DNA from: Pseudomonadota bacterium
GTDB lineage: Bacteria > Pseudomonadota > Alphaproteobacteria > SHVZ01
Length of the DNA: 64,000 bases
Direction of reading: 5' to 3'
NCBI GenBank assembly: GCA_016195085.1
Contig: JACQAG010000022.1
Location: forward strand, 10,700 to 74,699
Position 1 is the stretch's first letter. Every line of letters starts with the position of its first letter. The position numbers were made by a program, and so were the translations under genes. The notes under the pieces were generated by a model. That model saw nothing but the letters and a program-made list of their open reading frames with translations, had not been told where the DNA came from and searched no databases. Shown in pieces: positions 1 to 9,077 of the stretch.

Positions 1-121
1 AATTTAAGTTGGGCCGTTAGGCAGGTGCGTCGGATCCCTCCGAGGCTTCAGCGCTTCTCGTACGCGACGTAGAGTTTTTTCACCTTATGAGTTCGACCGT
101 GGGTTTTTTTGCAGTATATGC

Positions 122-415
122 GTGGCGACTTTTCACATTATCAGTCCGTGGAGCGACGAATCCCGCCAGTTTTGGATGATCGCTTTTCAATTAACGTGTC
201 GTCCTACATTCAGGCAAGCATTCCTTTCCCGGGACTCCATCCTGGTCTGGGTGATAACGACCTATTACAGCCGCCGTTGTCGCTATGGCGCATTGCGGCA
301 CGCCGCCGCCTATTCGCATCTCGAGTGGTTGGAGTTTCGGCAGCCGCGCCAGGCCGAACGATTTCTCCAGGAGCTGCGAACCATCCCGTACACAGAGACT
401 CGGTTGCCGCGGTGA
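122..415 (+). CDS. hypothetical protein (doubtful)
   Basis: 97-aa ORF in a lower-GC stretch; no recognisable motif. Confidence 0.2.
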   Translation: MATFHIISPWSDESRQFWMIAFQLTCRPTFRQAFLSRDSILVWVITTYYSRRCRYGALRHAAAYSHLEWLEFRQPRQAERFLQELRTIPYTETRLPR

Positions 416-419
416 GAGA

Positions 420-441
420 TTTCCGGTAATATATCCGGAAA
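420..441. promoter_or_regulatory. palindromic operator upstream of TA operon
   Basis: TTTCCGG-taatatat-CCGGAAA inverted repeat just before the RBS (AGGAG) of the antitoxin. Confidence 0.5.
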
Positions 442-453
442 CAGGAGCCGATC

Positions 454-738
454 ATGGCGGATGCGAGAAAGAACGCGATCACGAGCTACCGTCGGCGCAT
501 GCGGCGGAGGGGCCTAGTTCGCCTCGAAGTACAGGTGTCGAGGGAGGATGTACTGCTCATCCGCAGCGTTGCCGGCGCGCTCGCCGACCCGGCACATGCC
601 GAGGAGACCCGCGCGCTGCTGCGCGAACGGCTTGTTCGGCGCGGCGGCAAGGGGCTGAAGGCGCTGTTGGCCGCGGCACCTTTGGACGGCATCGATCTCG
701 AACGGGCCCGTGATCGGGGGCGGGCCATCCGGTTATGA
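454..738 (+). CDS. putative antitoxin of VapC
   Basis: 94 aa, RBS present, ATGA overlap with PIN toxin, VapB-like C-terminus (DGIDLERARDRGR). Confidence 0.7.
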   Translation: MADARKNAITSYRRRMRRRGLVRLEVQVSREDVLLIRSVAGALADPAHAEETRALLRERLVRRGGKGLKALLAAAPLDGIDLERARDRGRAIRL

Positions 739-1163
739 GCTTTCTGATCGACACCAACATCATCTCGGAGGTTCGCAAGCAAGCGCGCTGCAACCAAAAC
801 GTCGCCCTCTGGTATGGCTCGATCGACGATGGCGAGCTGTATCTGAGCGGGCTGGTGCTGGGTGAGATCCGAAAAGGAATCGAGCTTGCGCGCGGGCGCG
901 ATCCCGAAAAAGCCGCGGCACTGGAAGAGTGGTTGACCGAAGTCGACGTCGCGTTCGGCGAACGTGTTCTGGCGATCGATCGCAGGGTGATGGACGAATG
1001 GGGGCGCATGAGCGCTCGAAGCCCAATCCCGGTGATCGATGGCATGCTTGCTGCGACCGCCAAGGTGCATGACCTGACCTTGGTCACGCGCAACGATGGC
1101 GACGTGTCGGGGCTGGGTGCCAAGGTGCTCAACCCGTTCGAGGCTGTCGCAAGAGACGATTGA
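735..1163 (+). CDS. vapC: VapC family PIN-domain toxin
   Basis: FLIDTNIISE, GEIRKG, DGMLAATA, LVTRN..D PIN motifs. Confidence 0.92.
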   Translation: MSFLIDTNIISEVRKQARCNQNVALWYGSIDDGELYLSGLVLGEIRKGIELARGRDPEKAAALEEWLTEVDVAFGERVLAIDRRVMDEWGRMSARSPIPVIDGMLAATAKVHDLTLVTRNDGDVSGLGAKVLNPFEAVARDD

Positions 1164-1171
1164 CCCGGCGC

Positions 1172-1948
<777 letters not shown>

Positions 1949-1962
1949 GGCTGGCGACGGAC

Positions 1963-2595
1963 TCAGCGGCTCAAGCGCTCGCGGCGCAGGCGCTCGCGGT
2001 TCATCATCAGCCATTGCAGGCTCATGATGGTGATCGCGTTTTCGATCCTGCCGGCCTGGAGCCGCTCGATCGCTTCGGCGTAGTCGAGGACGACGACGCG
2101 GATGTCCTCATGCTCATGGGCGACACCCGCGAGCCCGCCGGAATGGGTGGTGTCGACCAGTGCGGCGAACAGCCAGACCACTTCCGAGGATCCGCCGGGG
2201 CTCGGCATGAACTCATAGAGCGGGATCAGCGCCTCGACGGCGCAGCCGGTCTCCTCCACGCTCTCGCGGCGGGCGACCGCGTCCGGGGCCTCGTCCTTGC
2301 CGATGATGCCGGCGGGCACTTCGATGGTCCAAGGATGGAGTCCGGCGACGAGGGCGGCGGTGCGAAACTGCTCGACCAGCACGACGCGGTCGAGGACCGG
2401 GTCATAGGGCAGCACGCCCGCGGCATGGCCGCGCTGAAAGATCTCGCGCTCGATCTCCTGGCTCCAGCCGCCGGCGAAGAGCCGGTGGCGCAAATGGAAG
2501 CGGTCGACCCGGAAAAACCCCTTGAACACCGTCTCCTTGGATAGGATCGCGTAGCCGGCCGTTTCGGCTTCCGGGGACGGGACATAGGCAACCAT
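1963..2595 (-). CDS. nudF: ADP-ribose pyrophosphatase (Nudix)
   Basis: Nudix box PAGIIGKDEAPDAVARRESVEETG; SPGGSSE and EHEDI motifs. Confidence 0.85.
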   Translation of the reverse strand: MVAYVPSPEAETAGYAILSKETVFKGFFRVDRFHLRHRLFAGGWSQEIEREIFQRGHAAGVLPYDPVLDRVVLVEQFRTAALVAGLHPWTIEVPAGIIGKDEAPDAVARRESVEETGCAVEALIPLYEFMPSPGGSSEVVWLFAALVDTTHSGGLAGVAHEHEDIRVVVLDYAEAIERLQAGRIENAITIMSLQWLMMNRERLRRERLSR

Positions 2596-2624
2596 CGCTA
2601 GCGGCCGCGTTCGAACGATCGAGT

Positions 2625-2800
2625 GCCCCCACCCGTCGGCGACGGCCGCGCCGGTTCCTCCCGGCGCGGCGTTGGGGATGGGAGGACCCGTCCCCAACCG
2701 TCCCGACCCTCCCCCACGCTCACGCATGGGGGAGGGAGCGGGAGGTCCATCTCGGCTCCCTCCCTCGCCGTCTTCGGCGGGGGAGGGGTGGGGTGGGGGC
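2625..2800. repeat. REP-like palindromic doublet, CCCTCCCCC subfamily, left arm interrupted by extra hairpins
   Basis: GCCCCCACCC...CCCTCCCCC-N-GGGGGAGGG spacer CCCTCCCTC-N-GGGGGAGGG..GGGTGGGGGC. Confidence 0.8.
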
Positions 2801-2825
2801 AATGCGTCATCCGTGATGCTCGTGG

Positions 2826-3341
2826 TTAGCGCACGCGGCGGGTGAAGAAGCGCAAATTCGGCCCGGCCATGCGGTAGAACACCTTGTCGGCCCGCTGCAC
2901 CGGTCCCAGCCGGTCGTAGAAGCGTCGCGCGCGATCGTTCCAGGGATCGGCCGTCCAGTCGATCTGATCGACGCCGCGCTCGCCGGCAAGCTTGGCCAGC
3001 GCATCCATCATCTGCCGTCCCACGCCCTCGCCGCGCCAGCGCTCGGAGACGAATATGTCCTGGATGAAGAAGGTGCCCTGGCAGACCGCAACCGAATACA
3101 CCTGCACGAAGGCCAAGAGGCCGACGGCGATGCCGTCGCGGTCGGCGAGCAGGACCTCGATGCCGGGAGCCGGCGGGCCGGAGCCGTTGGCGGGGCTGAA
3201 GACATTGCTGCGGATGGACTCGGCCATGACCCATCGCGGCGCCGGCGCTTGGATGCCGTAGAAGGCCAAGAGCTCCCGGCTGAGATTTGCGATCGCATCG
3301 GCGTCCGCCGCCGTCGCCAGGCGAATGCCAAGCGTTGACAT
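2826..3341 (-). CDS. GNAT family N-acetyltransferase
   Basis: DIFVSERWRGEGVGRQMM acetyl-CoA motif; WNDRARRFY. Confidence 0.88.
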   Translation of the reverse strand: MSTLGIRLATAADADAIANLSRELLAFYGIQAPAPRWVMAESIRSNVFSPANGSGPPAPGIEVLLADRDGIAVGLLAFVQVYSVAVCQGTFFIQDIFVSERWRGEGVGRQMMDALAKLAGERGVDQIDWTADPWNDRARRFYDRLGPVQRADKVFYRMAGPNLRFFTRRVR

Positions 3342-3404
3342 GCTCCCACAATCGACGAATGCCGCCATATCGGTCAAGCACTTGGCCTGTCCCGTGGGTT
3401 TCGG

Positions 3405-3525
3405 CTAGCGTGATGATTCCGAAGTTCGTCGGCGAACTTCGGAATCTGAATCACGCTAGATTCAATAGAGTAGTGGCCCGCTTATCCCTGAAATTCGCTG
3501 ACGAATTTCAGGAGCGGGACACTAG
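3405..3525. repeat. CTAG-terminated double-hairpin intergenic element (MITE/REP-like)
   Basis: CTAGCGTGAT-GATTCCGAAGTTCG-tcgg-CGAACTTCGGAATC-tga-ATCACGCTAG, then a related hairpin CCTGAAATTCG-ctga-CGAATTTCAGG ending GGGACACTAG. Confidence 0.7.
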
Positions 3526-3550
3526 CGTCGCGGGGGAAAGGGGAGGCCGG

Positions 3551-4081
3551 GTGAAGGTCCTGCACCTGCTGAGACACGCCAAATCGAGCTGGGAGGAGGC
3601 TGGGATCGAGGATCACGACCGCCCGTTGGCGGAGCGCGGCCGCAACGCCGCTGAGGCGATGGGCCGCTATCTCGCCACCGCCGGGATCGATCCGGGACTG
3701 GTGCTCGTGTCCTCCGCCCTGAGAACCCGCGCCACCTTCGAGCTGGCGGCCGAGGAGCTCGCCGAACGGCCAAAAAACCGGGTTCTGCGCGACCTCTATC
3801 TCGCCAGCAGCGCCGAGCTCCAGGCCCGCATCCGGGCGCTCGACGACGCTCTGGGCTCGGTCATGCTCATCGGCCACAACCCCGGCATGCACGATCTCGC
3901 CCGCAGCCTCGCTGGTTCGGGTGATGCCGAGAGCCTGAAGCGGCTCAACCAGAAATACCCGACCGGAGCCCTTGCCAGCCTCGAATTCCCGGTCGCGCGC
4001 TGGCGCCAGGTGAAGTCCGGAGGCGGCCGGCTCGCGCGCTTCGTTTTGCCGAAAGAACTGATGCCAACGAAGCCCCCTTAG
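3551..4081 (+). CDS. sixA: SixA-like histidine phosphatase
   Basis: LLRHAKSSW, DHDRPL, IGHNPG; GGAGG RBS before GTG. Confidence 0.85.
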   Translation: MKVLHLLRHAKSSWEEAGIEDHDRPLAERGRNAAEAMGRYLATAGIDPGLVLVSSALRTRATFELAAEELAERPKNRVLRDLYLASSAELQARIRALDDALGSVMLIGHNPGMHDLARSLAGSGDAESLKRLNQKYPTGALASLEFPVARWRQVKSGGGRLARFVLPKELMPTKPP

Positions 4082-4158
4082 ATCTGTTTGGAATCGTTCA
4101 AGACTGTCACATAAATCCGGTTGACCACACCTTCTGTGCCCGGCTTAGCTGGCGGCGC

Positions 4159-5772
4159 ATGAGTTCACCCGTGCGCTCCCCTGCAGACGTCGAAGCAGGC
4201 CCCGCTTCGCCTCTCGCCGCCGAGCAGCCACGCGAGGTCGAGCTCAAATTGGCGGTGCCGCTGGAGCATGTCGAGGAGCTCATGCGCCACCCCTTGCTGA
4301 AGCGCAGCTTGGCGCCCGCCCGCAGCGAGCAGCTGTCCAGCGTCTATTTCGATACCCCCGATCTCCGCCTGGCGAAGGACGACGTGACCTTGCGCGTGCG
4401 CCGGCACGGGCGCCGCCACATCCAGACGGTCAAGCTCGGTCCGATGCGGCAAGCCGGCCTGTTTTCCCGCGCCGAATGGGAAGAGCCGGTGCCTACCTCC
4501 AAGCCCGACCCGGCCAGGATCGGCAATCGCAAGCTGCGCCAGCGCATCGATCGGGTCCGCCTCAAGCGCGGGCTGAAGCCGATTTTCGGCACCGAATTCA
4601 AGCGGACGAATTGGCTCCTCAAGGGCCATCGCGGCGGCAAGGTCGCGGTCGGGCTCGACGTCGGCGAGATCAAGACGAGAGAAGGCAGCCGGTCGATCTG
4701 CGAGCTCGAGCTCGAGCTCAAGTCGGGCAAGCCCGGGGAGCTCTTCGAGGTGGCCGAAGCGCTCGCCCGCGACATGCCGCTTCGCCTCGAGTTCGAAAGC
4801 AAGGCCTCCCGCGGCTTCGCCCTCTACCAGGGCGAGGCAAGCCGGCCGGTGAAGGCCTGCGAGGTCGCCTTGGGCGATGTCGACACCACCTTCGCCATGG
4901 CCAAGCGCACCTTCGCCGCCTGCTTCGATCAGCTCGCGGCCAACTGGGGGCCGGCGGTCGACGGCTCCGACCCAGAGGGCGTGCATCAGCTCCGCGTCGC
5001 CATCCGCCGGTTCCGCTCCGCCTTGGGCTTGTTCAGGGAGCTGCTCGATGCCGACGGGCATGCGAAGCTCCGCCTCGAGCTGGGCTGGCTCGCCCAGGAG
5101 CTGGCGCCGGCGCGCGCTTGGGATGTGTTCCTGGCCGAGCTCTTGCCTTCGGGTGCCGGTGCCTTGCCGGTGCCCGCCGTGCGCAAGACGATCGTTCGCC
5201 TCGCCCGCCGGGTCCGCAAGGAGAGCTATGAGCGGGCACGGGCGGCACTCGCCTCCAAACGGGGCGCCGATCTCCTGCTGGCGCTTCGCATCTGGGTGGA
5301 CGAGCCCCGTTGGCGCCCGGCTGGCGAAGAAGCGCATGCCGGCCCGCCGTCCGCGGCGGAGGCGATGTCGGCCAGGGACTTCGCCCGCCACATGCTGCAC
5401 CGGCGGCACAAGCGGGTCCGCCGCTTCGCCCGCAACGCCGCCGAGCTCTCTCCGGAAGCCCTCCATGCGCTTCGCATCCAGGTGAAGAAGCTGCGCTACG
5501 CGGCCGAGTTCGTGAGCGGGCTGTTCCCGCGCCGGCGGGTCAAGTCCTATCTTCGCGATCTCGCCCGGCTGCAGCAGGATCTGGGTGCCATAAATGACGC
5601 GGTGACCTTGCCGCCGCTCGCCGGCCAGCTCCTGGAGCGCGATCGCGACGCGCGGCTGGCGCAGGCGGTGGGCGCGCTCATCGGCTGGCATGCCAGCCGC
5701 GCGGTCTCGGCGCGCACGCATCTGGGCCCGCTGCTCGAGGAGTTCGCCGACGCCCGCAAGTTTTGGAGCTGA
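4159..5772 (+). CDS. CYTH + CHAD domain protein (YgiF-like triphosphatase)
   Basis: EVELK, YFDTP, ELELELK (CYTH); EGVHQLRVAIRR and LHALRIQVKKLRY (CHAD). Confidence 0.9.
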   Translation: MSSPVRSPADVEAGPASPLAAEQPREVELKLAVPLEHVEELMRHPLLKRSLAPARSEQLSSVYFDTPDLRLAKDDVTLRVRRHGRRHIQTVKLGPMRQAGLFSRAEWEEPVPTSKPDPARIGNRKLRQRIDRVRLKRGLKPIFGTEFKRTNWLLKGHRGGKVAVGLDVGEIKTREGSRSICELELELKSGKPGELFEVAEALARDMPLRLEFESKASRGFALYQGEASRPVKACEVALGDVDTTFAMAKRTFAACFDQLAANWGPAVDGSDPEGVHQLRVAIRRFRSALGLFRELLDADGHAKLRLELGWLAQELAPARAWDVFLAELLPSGAGALPVPAVRKTIVRLARRVRKESYERARAALASKRGADLLLALRIWVDEPRWRPAGEEAHAGPPSAAEAMSARDFARHMLHRRHKRVRRFARNAAELSPEALHALRIQVKKLRYAAEFVSGLFPRRRVKSYLRDLARLQQDLGAINDAVTLPPLAGQLLERDRDARLAQAVGALIGWHASRAVSARTHLGPLLEEFADARKFWS

Positions 5773-5809
5773 CCTCTCCTCGAAGTAGAACTGCGGCGCG
5801 CCTGTCGGC

Positions 5810-5995
5810 CCCTCTCCCGCCTGGGGGTGGACTGTGGGAGGGGGTGAGGATCACCCCCTCCCCAACCCTCCCCGGGGCGGGAGAGGGCTGGGGTGAGGGT
5901 CGGACGGGAAGCGTCGATGACCTTCGCCGAAATTCTTGCGACCCTCACCCGCCTCGCTCGCGCTCGGCACCCTCTCCCGCGGTGCGGGAGAGGGG
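5810..5995. repeat. REP-like doublet, CCCTCTCCC subfamily, arms facing as in the DUF559 locus, with nested hairpin
   Basis: CCCTCTCCC..GGGAGAGGG-ct-GGGGTGAGGG, short spacer, CCCTCACCC..CCCTCTCCC..GGGAGAGGG. Confidence 0.85.
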
Positions 5996-6014
5996 CATTC
6001 GGCAAATTCTGCGT

Positions 6015-6821
6015 CTAACCGACTGTGTCGCGGGCGACCTTGGCGGCGATGGTGAGGCCGCCGTCGATGACGATGGTGGCGCCGGTCACGTAGCGGCTGG
6101 CGTCGCTGGCGAGGTAGACGGCGATCCCCGAGAAGTCCGCGGGCACGCCCCAGCGCCTGATGGCAAGCCGCGGCATGTGCTCGTTCGTGAACTCTTCGCT
6201 GTTGATGCGCTCCGTGGTGAGCGGCGTCTCGATATAGCCGGGCACCACCGTGTTGGCGCGGATCGCGTGCTGGCCCAGCTCGACGGCGAGGCTCCGCATC
6301 ATCGACTCCACACCCGCCTTGGCGGCGGCATAGTGCTCGACCAGGGGCTGGCCCATGATGGCGAAGGCGCTGCCGGTCGCCACCAGCGATCCGCCTTGCT
6401 TCCGCCCTACCATCGCCCGGGCGGCGGCCTTGAGGGTATAGAAGACGCCATCCAGATTGACGTCGAGCACGCGGCGCCATTCCGCCTGGGTCATCTCGAT
6501 GAAGCTCCGATGCGGGCCGGCGCGGCCGCTGACGCCGGCATTGGCGAAGCACGCATCGAGGCCGCCCAAAGCCGCAAGCGTGCTCTCCATCGCCCGCTCG
6601 ACCTCCGCCTCGCGGCTCACATCCAAGAGCTCCGCGTGCACCTTGCGGCCATGGCGGGAGAGCTGCCGGGCCGCGGCTTCGTTGCGATCCTTCCGCATGC
6701 CCCAGATCGCCACATCGGCCCCGGCTTCGGCCAGCCCCTCGGCCATGCCGAGGCCGATCCCGCTGTTGCCGCCGGTGACGAGCGCCGCCCGGCCCCGCAA
6801 ATCGAACATTTTCGCCGTCAT
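6015..6821 (-). CDS. short-chain dehydrogenase/reductase
   Basis: TGGNSGIG, ANAG, YAAAK. Confidence 0.92.
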   Translation of the reverse strand: MTAKMFDLRGRAALVTGGNSGIGLGMAEGLAEAGADVAIWGMRKDRNEAAARQLSRHGRKVHAELLDVSREAEVERAMESTLAALGGLDACFANAGVSGRAGPHRSFIEMTQAEWRRVLDVNLDGVFYTLKAAARAMVGRKQGGSLVATGSAFAIMGQPLVEHYAAAKAGVESMMRSLAVELGQHAIRANTVVPGYIETPLTTERINSEEFTNEHMPRLAIRRWGVPADFSGIAVYLASDASRYVTGATIVIDGGLTIAAKVARDTVG

Positions 6822-6899
6822 GCCTGCCCCCGGATGCGGATTTTCGCTATAATGGCATGATCGGTGACGGCTCCTAAGAGCCTAGCGGGAGAACCGGCT

Positions 6900-7166
6900 T
6901 TGAATACCGAGCAGGCCCTCGATGTGCTGCACGAGGCGTTGCTGGTGACCTTGATCATCTCGGCGCCGATGATGCTCATCGGCATGATCGTCGGTACCGT
7001 CATTTCTCTCATCCAGGCGATGACCCAGATCCAGGAAACCAGCCTCGCCTTCATCCCGAAGATGCTGGCGCTGTTCATCGCGCTCTCGCTGTTTCTGCCG
7101 TTCATGCTGGGCGAGCTCGCCAAGTTCACCGAAAACATCATGGACCGCATCGTCAGCATCAGTTGA
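6900..7166 (+). CDS. fliQ: flagellar export protein FliQ
   Basis: QAMTQIQETSLAFIPK; GGAGA RBS before TTG 6900. Confidence 0.92.
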   Translation: MNTEQALDVLHEALLVTLIISAPMMLIGMIVGTVISLIQAMTQIQETSLAFIPKMLALFIALSLFLPFMLGELAKFTENIMDRIVSIS

Positions 7167-7191
7167 CGGCGGCGCGAGGGATCCCTAGTCG

Positions 7192-7971
7192 ATGCCGTTC
7201 GGCGTGCCGCTCCAGCAGTTCGTGCCCGGCGAGATCTTCGCCTTCATCGTGGTCTTCGCGCGGCTGGGCTCGACCTTCACCTTGCTTCCGGGCTTCGGGG
7301 AGTCCTTCATCCCCGGCAGGGTCCGGCTCGGCATCGCTCTTGCGGTCACCTTCGTCGTGACACCCTTGGTGCGGCCGATCCTGCCGCCCTTGCCCGACGA
7401 CATGGTACGCTTGCTCTCGATCCTGTTCACCGAGGTGATCACCGGCATGTTCATCGGCGTCGTCACCCGGCTTCTGATCACCACGCTTGACACCGCGGGG
7501 ACATTCATCTCCTTCCAGACCGGGCTGTCCGCCGCGCAGGCCTTCAACCCGGCCCTGTCCCAGTCGGGCACCATCGTCGGCGCGTTCCTGGCGCTCGCCG
7601 GGGTGGTGGCGCTCTTCGCCACCGACATGCATTATCTCGTGCTGCGCGCGCTCGTCGACAGCTACACGCTGTTTCGCCCGGGCTCGCCGCCGATGTTCGG
7701 CGACATGGCCTTCATGTTCGCCCAGCTCGTCAGCCAGAGCTTCAAGATGGCCCTCCAGATCGCGATGCCCTTCGTCGTCCTCGGGCTCTTGTTCAATGTG
7801 GTGCTCGGGCTTATCTCCAGGCTGATGCCGCAGATCCAGATCTTCTTCGTCGGCATCCCGGTGCAGCTCTTGGGCGGAGTCCTGATCCTCGGCCTCACCA
7901 GCTCGGCCGTGGTCACGTTCTTCCTGGCGAACTTTCAAGATACGCTGCAAGCGTATCTCACTCCGAGGTAA
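7192..7971 (+). CDS. fliR: flagellar export protein FliR
   Basis: polytopic membrane protein, SRLMPQIQIFFVGIP, between fliQ and flhB. Confidence 0.92.
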   Translation: MPFGVPLQQFVPGEIFAFIVVFARLGSTFTLLPGFGESFIPGRVRLGIALAVTFVVTPLVRPILPPLPDDMVRLLSILFTEVITGMFIGVVTRLLITTLDTAGTFISFQTGLSAAQAFNPALSQSGTIVGAFLALAGVVALFATDMHYLVLRALVDSYTLFRPGSPPMFGDMAFMFAQLVSQSFKMALQIAMPFVVLGLLFNVVLGLISRLMPQIQIFFVGIPVQLLGGVLILGLTSSAVVTFFLANFQDTLQAYLTPR

Positions 7972-7975
7972 GCCC

Positions 7976-9046
7976 TTGTCCGAAGACGACTCAGGCAAAA
8001 CCGAAGAACCGAGCGGCAAAAAGCTCGGCGAAGCGCGCTCGCGCGGCCAGACCTGGGCCTCGCGCGAGGTCGGCAGCTGGGCGATGCTGAGCGTGCTGCT
8101 GGCGATGGTGTATTTCCTGCTGCCGCGCATGGTGCGCGACGTCGGCTCGGTGGCGCTTCCCTTCATCGAGAAGCCGGACCAGATCTCGCTCGATCAGGGC
8201 AATCTCGGCAATGTCCTGACCGAGACGATGCTCGCCCTGGTGCCGCCGCTGACCATTCCTCTCATCCTGGTCCTGATCGCCTCGATCGCGCCATCCATCG
8301 CGCAGAGCGGCTTCATCTTCACCACCCATAACTTGAAGCCGAGCTTCAGCAAGCTGTCGCTGGCCGGCGGCCTCCAGCGCCTGGTCTCGGTGCAGGCGAT
8401 GCTCGACATGGCGAAGAACATCGGCAAGATGCTGATCGTCGGCTCCGTCGCCGGCTTCATCGCCTTTCCGGAGCTGAGCCATATCGAGTCCCTGGTAACG
8501 GCGGAGATCGTCGACGCCGCGCAGGAGATGCAATCGATCGTCGTCGATATTCTGGGAGGCACGCTGGTGGTGCTCGCCATAATGGCGGTGGGCGACGTCT
8601 TCTACCAGCGCCACAAGTTCTACAAGCAGCTGCGCATGACCAAGCAGGAGGTCAAGGACGAGTTCAAGCAGGCCGAAGGCGATCCCACGGTCAAAGGCCG
8701 CTTGCGGCAGATCCGCTTCGACCGTGCCCGCGCGCGCATGATGCAAGCCGTGCCCAAGGCCGACGTGGTGATCACCAACCCAACCCATTATGCGGTGGCA
8801 CTCGAATACAAGCCGGACAAGATGGACGCCCCGAAGCTGACGGCGAAGGGTGCCGACCTGATCGCCAAGCGCATTCGCGAGGTCGCCGAGGAGAACGGCG
8901 TGCCGGTCGTGGAGAACCCGCCGATCGCGCGCGCCCTCTATGCGAGCGTCGAGATCGACCAGGAAATTCCCCCCGAGCACTACAAGGCGGTGGCCGAGAT
9001 CATCTCCTATGTCTACAAGCTCAAGCGCAAGACCGTCCCGGCTTAA
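7976..9046 (+). CDS. flhB: flagellar export protein FlhB
   Basis: KTEEPS, EGDP, NPTH autocleavage site, ENPPIARALY. Confidence 0.95.
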   Translation: MSEDDSGKTEEPSGKKLGEARSRGQTWASREVGSWAMLSVLLAMVYFLLPRMVRDVGSVALPFIEKPDQISLDQGNLGNVLTETMLALVPPLTIPLILVLIASIAPSIAQSGFIFTTHNLKPSFSKLSLAGGLQRLVSVQAMLDMAKNIGKMLIVGSVAGFIAFPELSHIESLVTAEIVDAAQEMQSIVVDILGGTLVVLAIMAVGDVFYQRHKFYKQLRMTKQEVKDEFKQAEGDPTVKGRLRQIRFDRARARMMQAVPKADVVITNPTHYAVALEYKPDKMDAPKLTAKGADLIAKRIREVAEENGVPVVENPPIARALYASVEIDQEIPPEHYKAVAEIISYVYKLKRKTVPA

Positions 9047-9077
9047 TCGGCTCGGCGCTTGGCTTCCCTTTGCGGTC

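Noticed and set aside
4104-4125. Pho box before the CYTH-CHAD gene
   Set aside because: Only one CTGTCAC half-site; no second repeat at 11-bp spacing.
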